A DNA stretch of 32,000 bases from positions 90,001 to 122,000 of the forward strand of contig OY781039.1 in assembly GCA_963676105.1 (NCBI GenBank), given 5' to 3'. Both the position numbers and the translations under genes were made by a program. The DNA is from Erysipelotrichaceae bacterium. GTDB lineage: Bacteria > Bacillota_I > Bacilli_A > Erysipelotrichales > Erysipelotrichaceae. The notes below the pieces were generated by a model that saw only the letters and a program-made list of their open reading frames with translations, did not search any database and was not told where the DNA came from. Shown here in pieces: positions 27,137 through 32,000 of this stretch; within the stretch, counting starts at the first letter, position 1, and each line of letters starts with the position of its first letter.

Positions 27137-27165
27137 AAATTAACATTTTTAGACTGCAAAGTCAA
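27137..27165 (-). promoter_or_regulatory. Putative promoter of the L-box/lysC operon (TTGACT-17 nt-TGtTAATTT)
   Basis: The reverse complement gives TTGACT (27165-27160) and TAATTT (27142-27137) with an upstream TG, about 25 nt before the riboswitch P1. Confidence 0.5.
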
Positions 27166-27225
27166 TCTAGATGAGAACTTAAAATTCGATTATCAATGTT
27201 TTATCTCACTATATATAATAAAGAT

Positions 27226-28215
27226 ATGAAAAAGTCGATTTCAAGTATAGATATAAGCCGTTTTATCTTAGCTTATTTTGTCTTAATCATTCATTTTAGA
27301 CCGTTTTTAGATGTAAGTGAAATGAGTGATTTGTTAATATCGCATGGTCTTGCTCGAATAGCCGTACCGTTCTATTTAATGAGTGCAGGCTACTTTTTAC
27401 ACTTTGATCGAATATTTGAAAGTATTAAGCATTATATTAAACTCTATTTAAAATGGTCATTAGCCTATGCACCTATTGTCCTTTTTGTTTATTTTACGAA
27501 TGAAACAACATGGCTTGAAGATTTCTTCATTTTTATTCGAGAATTCTTTTTTCAAGGCACGGTTATACATCTGTGGTATCTACCGCATAGTGCGCTAGCT
27601 TTGTATTTGTTTTATTTTCTACAGAAGAAATTTTCAATTAAACAGATCTTAAGTTTATCTTTCGTTTTATATAGTATAGGTGTATTTGCGGATGCCTATA
27701 GTGGCTGGATTAGTCCAAATACATTTCTGTATACTCTTCAACAGAACTATTTAGAGTTTTTTATTACATCGCGTAATGGCGTGTTTTTTGCCTTATTCTT
27801 TATCAGTTTTGGTGTATATATGAAAGACGCACAAAAACTTAGTTTAAAAACATCTTTAATATCATTTCTTTTAAGTCTTGTGCTGATGTTTGTTGAACTT
27901 GTCTACATTATTTATCCGAAGCATCCAATAGATTATAATTTTTATTTTTCTTTAATTATCGTGATGTATTTCCTTTATCAACTTGTTTTAAATATTCACA
28001 TTAAAGAAAGAACAGTTTATCCTCATTTAAGAAAGATGGCTTCAAATATTTATTTTTCTCATATGTTAATCTTTTATCTTGTGATGTTTGGTCTAGGTGA
28101 AGCAGCCTACCATACAAGTCATCTACAACGCTTTCTTATTGCGGTTATCGGATCAACCTTAATTTGTGGCATTATCGAAGCGATAAAAGGACATAAATAT
28201 AAAAATAAGCACTAA
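27226..28215 (+). CDS. Acyltransferase family 3 (AT3) integral membrane protein
   Basis: About 10 TM segments. The N-terminal IDISRFILAYFVLIIH (R-x10-H) and ARIAVPFYLMSAGYF match the AT3 signature regions. The start is ATG 27226 (MKKSISS) or the track start 27196; neither has an SD. Confidence 0.6.
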   Translation: MKKSISSIDISRFILAYFVLIIHFRPFLDVSEMSDLLISHGLARIAVPFYLMSAGYFLHFDRIFESIKHYIKLYLKWSLAYAPIVLFVYFTNETTWLEDFFIFIREFFFQGTVIHLWYLPHSALALYLFYFLQKKFSIKQILSLSFVLYSIGVFADAYSGWISPNTFLYTLQQNYLEFFITSRNGVFFALFFISFGVYMKDAQKLSLKTSLISFLLSLVLMFVELVYIIYPKHPIDYNFYFSLIIVMYFLYQLVLNIHIKERTVYPHLRKMASNIYFSHMLIFYLVMFGLGEAAYHTSHLQRFLIAVIGSTLICGIIEAIKGHKYKNKH

Positions 28216-28268
28216 TGCCATTTAACATTTGGCACTATATTTTATTGACAAGCTTAAGTTTAGATTTC

Positions 28269-28297
28269 TTGAAAGCACTTTCTCTCGATTCTATACT
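28269..28297 (+). promoter_or_regulatory. Putative mtl operon promoter (TTGAAA-17 nt-TATACT)
   Basis: TTGAAA at 28269-28274 and TATACT at 28292-28297, about 55 nt upstream of the EIIC ATG. Confidence 0.55.
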
Positions 28298-28350
28298 GTA
28301 GGTGTAGATGATACGTCATCTGTTCTCTATTAACCAAAAAGGAGGTTATT

Positions 28351-29403
28351 ATGAAAGAGAAAGTTCAAAGTTTTGGCCGTTTCTTATCTGGCATGGTCAT
28401 GCCTAACTTACCAGCTTTCGTCGCTTGGGGTTTAATTACTGCATTTGTTATCCCAACAGGCTGGACTCCAAACGAAACACTTGCTGCTTTAGTTGGTCCT
28501 GGTATCATGAATGTTCTACCATACCTAATCGGGTATACTGGTGGACGCATGGTTGGTGGACAACGTGGTGCTGTCGTTGGTATGTTCGCAACATTAGGTG
28601 TTGTTGCTGGTTCTGACATCCCTCAATTCATGGGTGCGATGGTTATGGGTCCTTCAGCTGGTTACCTAATGAAAGTCGTTGATGATGCATTAGAAGATAA
28701 AGCACCTGCTGGCTTCGAAATGTTAATTGCTAACTTCTCAGCTGGTTTAGTTGCGATCGTTATGTCATTCTTAGGTTTATGGATCATTGGTCCATTTGTT
28801 TCAACAGTTTCTGAAATCTTCGGTAATGGTGCTGATGCGCTTGTTAGTGCTGGATTATTACCACTCGTTTCAATCGTTGTTGAACCTGCTAAAATCTTAT
28901 TCTTAAATAATGCGATTAACCATGGTGTTTTATCACCTTTAGGTTTAGCTCAATCTGCTGAAATTGGAAAATCAATTTTCTTCTTAATTGAAACGAACCC
29001 TGGCCCAGGGCTTGGTATCCTAGTTGCAGCTACATTATTTGCTAAAGGCGCAATGAAAGACAATGCTCCTTCAGCTATCATTATTCATTTCTTAGGTGGT
29101 ATCCATGAAATTTACTTCCCATATGTATTAGCACAACCTTTACTATTAGGTGCGGCTATTGCTGGGGGTATGACTGGTGTATTCACATTTAACTTATTAA
29201 ATGCTGGTTTAGTAGCTCCTCCATCACCTGGATCAATCTTCGCTTTATCCGCAATGGCATCTGGTGATATGATTAAAGTATGGATCGGTATTGCTGCATC
29301 TGCTGCTGTATCATTCTTCGTCGCATCTATTATCTACAAATTTGTAGGTGGTAGTGATGATTTAGACGCTGCTAAAGCTGAAAGTAAAGCTAACAAAGGC
29401 TAA
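28351..29403 (+). CDS. mtlA: PTS mannitol-specific EIIC component (stand-alone C domain)
   Basis: MKEKVQSFGRFLSGMVMPNLPAFVAWG..., NNAINHGV and IHEIYFPYVL are typical of the MtlA EIIC domain. 350 aa, ending before any EIIB domain. Strong SD AAGGAGG. Confidence 0.9.
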   Translation: MKEKVQSFGRFLSGMVMPNLPAFVAWGLITAFVIPTGWTPNETLAALVGPGIMNVLPYLIGYTGGRMVGGQRGAVVGMFATLGVVAGSDIPQFMGAMVMGPSAGYLMKVVDDALEDKAPAGFEMLIANFSAGLVAIVMSFLGLWIIGPFVSTVSEIFGNGADALVSAGLLPLVSIVVEPAKILFLNNAINHGVLSPLGLAQSAEIGKSIFFLIETNPGPGLGILVAATLFAKGAMKDNAPSAIIIHFLGGIHEIYFPYVLAQPLLLGAAIAGGMTGVFTFNLLNAGLVAPPSPGSIFALSAMASGDMIKVWIGIAASAAVSFFVASIIYKFVGGSDDLDAAKAESKANKG

Positions 29404-29414
29404 GGAGAATTAAT

Positions 29415-29699
29415 ATGAGTGACATTAAGAAAATCTGTTTTGCGTGTGACGCTGGTATGGGTTCAAGCGCTATGGGCGCAACTACGCTAAAGAAAAAAAT
29501 CAAAAAAGCTGGTCTAGACATTAAAGTTGTTCACAAGGCAATTGAAGATGTTCCTAGTGACGCTGATATGATTGTCACACATTCATCCCTTGCGGGACGT
29601 GCTCGTAATGAACATCCAAATACACCTGTGGTTGAAATCACAAGTTTCGTGGGTGCTCCAGAATACGATCAAATTGTGGCAGACTTACTAAAAGACTAA
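29415..29699 (+). CDS. PTS mannitol-type EIIB component (stand-alone)
   Basis: 94 aa with the phosphocysteine loop CDAGMGSSAMG. It has its own SD AAGGAGA, and the ATG lies 11 nt after the EIIC stop. Confidence 0.85.
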   Translation: MSDIKKICFACDAGMGSSAMGATTLKKKIKKAGLDIKVVHKAIEDVPSDADMIVTHSSLAGRARNEHPNTPVVEITSFVGAPEYDQIVADLLKD

Positions 29700-29704
29700 T
29701 CATT

Positions 29705-29732
29705 GAAGAGGCTTCGGCCTCTTTTTATTTTT
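29705..29732 (+). terminator. Rho-independent terminator after EIIB
   Basis: GAAGAGGC-ttcg-GCCTCTTT stem followed by a T-rich run. Confidence 0.8.
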
Positions 29733-29770
29733 GGCACTAAGTTTTGCGACACAATTAAATTTTGACACTA

Positions 29771-29798
29771 TTAACAATTTAGTCATTCGTTTTATAAT
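29771..29798 (+). promoter_or_regulatory. Putative mtlR promoter (TTAACA-16 nt-TATAAT) ending 8 nt before the ATG
   Basis: TTAACA at 29771-29776 and TATAAT at 29793-29798. There is no SD before ATG 29807. Confidence 0.45.
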
Positions 29799-29806
29799 GA
29801 AATTAG

Positions 29807-31936
29807 ATGAAAACACAATCTTTACAACTTTTAAGTAGTCGCGTTATTCAAGCCTTAGGAATTCTCAGTGATCGAGAAGACTTTGTGACGGTCAATCATC
29901 TTGCTGATCAATTAAAGATTAGTAAACGTACATTATTTAGAGAACTAAAGGATATTGATACCTTTATTAAACCTTTTGGGGTTGAACTGATTTCTAAAAC
30001 AGGTTTAGGTATTCGATTAGAAGCAGAAGCGTCTGATTTAAATACATTTAAACGTCAGTTATTAGAAGCAGGTCTTCAACAGTCTGAATTTTCACGTGAA
30101 GATCGTCAAACGGTTTTATTGGCTGAACTTTTAAAGAATCAACAACTGGACAAATTCATTGTTTATGCAAATCAGTTTGCGGTATCTGAAGCAACCATTT
30201 CACATGATATTAATGCTTTAGAACCTATTTTAGAAAAATATAATTTATCTTTAATTCGTAAACCAGGTATGAATTTAAGTTTAGAAGGGGATGAAGAATC
30301 TAAACGTAAAGCCATTCGTGATTTTATTTATAATCATTCTGAAGAAAGTAAATTTACGGCATTGCTCAATACGCAATCACCCTTTGATATAGAATCCTAC
30401 TTTGAAAATCAAGGTCCTGATTCAATTCTTCAAATTTTAAATAAAGATGTTCTATGGGAAGTTATTCACGTTTTAAAAGAAAATGATTTCTTTTGGGTCA
30501 ATCGTCTAGCACAAAATGCTTATGTGGGTTTGATTCTTCACTTAACAATTGCGATTGAGCGGATGTTTAATCATGACGGTATTCATATGGATGAAAATCT
30601 ATTGCATAAGTTAAGACAAGACCCTATGTTTCAAAGAGCTAAGGATTTAAGTGAATATTTTGAGGATGAGTTTAACCTAAATTTTCCAGATGAAGAAATT
30701 GCTTATATATCAATGCATTTAAAAGGAGCTCGTTTACTTCATGTTGGTGATGAACTTGAAGACATAGAGGATCCAGAATTATCTTTACCCGTCCTTCAAC
30801 ATTTCATTATGCGGCTTATTTTTGATTTTGAAAGTCATTCGCAAACTGTGTTAAATCAAGATGATTTGCTTATCAATGGTTTATTAACTCATCTAAGACC
30901 TGCACTTACACGTGTTAAATATAAGATGGAAATACGAAATCCATTAATGAATCAAATTAAACAACAGTATCCAGAAGTTTTTAAGATTGCCAAGGAAAGT
31001 GTAAAGAATTTAAAACATCCACAGTTTGATTTATTAAATGATGATGAAATTGCGTTTATCGCAATGCACTTTGGGGCAGCGCTTGAAAGACAAAAACAAA
31101 ATGAAAAACGCTCTACTTTAAAGGTAGCCGTTGTCTGTGCTTCAGGTATTGGGATTTCTTCCTTACTCGCATCGCGGTTAAAAAGTCATTTTAAAGAATA
31201 TGTACAAGTTGAAGCGAAGTCACAACTAGATAAGCAAGCACTTGAAAATGAACAGTTTGATTTCATAGTTTCGACGATGGAAGATGTACAAACAAAAGTA
31301 CCGCTTGTTCATGTGAATCCCTTATTATCAAACGAAGATATTGATAAAATACAAGCTTTAATTAATCAAATATCAGTTCATAAAATCATTGAAGAAAACG
31401 ATAGAACAGACGTATCATGGCATACAAAATTGAGTTTAATTGCCGAAATGACATCACAGATTGATGCCTTAATTAGTCATATAGATCTATATCGATTTGA
31501 TCATACATTAAGTCATTCTGATTTGATTAAAAGCATATCTGAAAAGATGAGTCCTTTATTAGATAAACAGAAACTGATTGCGCAAGATTTACAAAGACGA
31601 GAAGCCATCGGTGATGTGGTCTTAGATGAAGAAAAGATTGCGTTATTTCACGCTCGATCTTCATCTGTTGATCAAGCTAAAATGTGTGTCATTCGAGCCA
31701 AAGAAAAAGCGTTTACTGCCTTTAAAGAAGAAGGTATTAAAACCATTCTTGTCCTATTAGTTCCTGCGACTGCGGTTATGGAACTCAATCGTTGGATATC
31801 GCGCTTAAGCGCAGCCATGATTGAAGATGATGCTTATTTAGATGCATTACAAAATAAAACAAAAGATGAAATAAAAAACGAAGTTGTCAGAATATTGGAG
31901 GGTGCCTATAAAGAATGGATGCGAAAGCAAATATGA
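29807..31936 (+). CDS. mtlR: Mannitol operon transcriptional activator (HTH + Mga-like + 2 PRD + EIIB(Gat)-like + EIIA(Mtl)-like domains)
   Basis: 709 aa with an N-terminal HTH (VNHLADQLKISKRTLFREL), PRD-type IAYISMHL / IAFIAMHF segments, the EIIB-like VAVVCASGIGISS and a C-terminal EIIA-like region. It lies in the mtl locus. Confidence 0.88.
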   Translation: MKTQSLQLLSSRVIQALGILSDREDFVTVNHLADQLKISKRTLFRELKDIDTFIKPFGVELISKTGLGIRLEAEASDLNTFKRQLLEAGLQQSEFSREDRQTVLLAELLKNQQLDKFIVYANQFAVSEATISHDINALEPILEKYNLSLIRKPGMNLSLEGDEESKRKAIRDFIYNHSEESKFTALLNTQSPFDIESYFENQGPDSILQILNKDVLWEVIHVLKENDFFWVNRLAQNAYVGLILHLTIAIERMFNHDGIHMDENLLHKLRQDPMFQRAKDLSEYFEDEFNLNFPDEEIAYISMHLKGARLLHVGDELEDIEDPELSLPVLQHFIMRLIFDFESHSQTVLNQDDLLINGLLTHLRPALTRVKYKMEIRNPLMNQIKQQYPEVFKIAKESVKNLKHPQFDLLNDDEIAFIAMHFGAALERQKQNEKRSTLKVAVVCASGIGISSLLASRLKSHFKEYVQVEAKSQLDKQALENEQFDFIVSTMEDVQTKVPLVHVNPLLSNEDIDKIQALINQISVHKIIEENDRTDVSWHTKLSLIAEMTSQIDALISHIDLYRFDHTLSHSDLIKSISEKMSPLLDKQKLIAQDLQRREAIGDVVLDEEKIALFHARSSSVDQAKMCVIRAKEKAFTAFKEEGIKTILVLLVPATAVMELNRWISRLSAAMIEDDAYLDALQNKTKDEIKNEVVRILEGAYKEWMRKQI

Positions 31937-32000
31937 AGAAAATGATTGTTTACGTAGTATGTGATGGCGGTATGGGCTCAAGTGCTCTTGGTGCAAGCTA
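31933..32000 (+). CDS. Second mannitol-type PTS EIIB-like protein (first 22 codons only; runs off the window)
   Basis: My translation gives MKKMIVYVVCDGGMGSSALGAS, the same CD(A/G)GMGSSA(M/L)G phosphocysteine loop as the 29415 gene. ATGA overlap with the mtlR stop. Confidence 0.6.
   Translation, partial: MKKMIVYVVCDGGMGSSALGAS

Noticed and set aside
28216-28234. TGCCA-N9-TGGCA, considered as the terminator of the AT3 acyltransferase gene
   Set aside because: The stem is only 5 bp with a 9-nt loop and has no U-tract. It is better explained as a protein-binding palindrome (see the MtlR operator finding).
22581-28619. Track ORFs 22581..22805 (-), 23978..24199 (+), 25295..25591 (+), 25655..25861 (-), 26527..26724 (+), 28365..28619 (-), 28425..28616 (+)
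   Set aside because: All overlap strongly supported dap/lysC or mtlA coding regions in other frames or on the other strand, and none has an SD.

Overview
Low-GC (roughly mid-30s % by eye) Firmicutes-type chromosome segment. SD sequences are AAGGAG-like, the promoters look sigma-A-like, and there are cre-like boxes, an L-box and the DapH/DapL acetylase branch of lysine synthesis. The lineage is possibly Erysipelotrichia or a related group, but it cannot be determined from the sequence alone. The content is almost entirely core metabolism. Left to right: fba (partial, -); a stand-alone pduL-type phosphotransacylase; a translationally coupled lipid-kinase / aldose-epimerase / nagB / Cof-HAD block; trxA; an orphan secreted ChW-repeat + FG-GAP-repeat protein; an XRE-cupin regulator followed by potABC and two tandem potD lipoprotein paralogs; a 9-tRNA operon (Cys, Leu, Arg, Pro, Met, Ile2, Ser, fMet, Phe); a 126-aa protein carrying beta-carbonic-anhydrase-like zinc motifs; a GH1 6-phospho-beta-glucosidase; a four-gene overlapping operon (TIGR02206-like membrane protein, divergent PHP protein, rimO, VanY-like M15B peptidase); pepF (-); a six-gene L-box-controlled lysine/DAP operon (lysC-dapF-dapA-dapB-dapH-dapL, -); an AT3 acyltransferase; and a mannitol PTS locus with EIIC and EIIB as separate genes, mtlR, and the start of a second EIIB-like gene. 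I found no CRISPR array, mobile element, toxin-antitoxin pair or recognisable defence or other novel multi-gene system. The features most worth follow-up are: (1) the ChW+FG-GAP secreted protein; (2) the minimal beta-CA-like protein; (3) four genes that lack an SD and have a -10 box 6-8 nt upstream of the ATG, making them leaderless-mRNA candidates; (4) a PHP-domain protein with several metal-ligand substitutions; and (5) the mtl locus architecture with a shared TTTGGCACTA motif. All functional calls rest on motif recognition and recalled homologs. No database searches were run.
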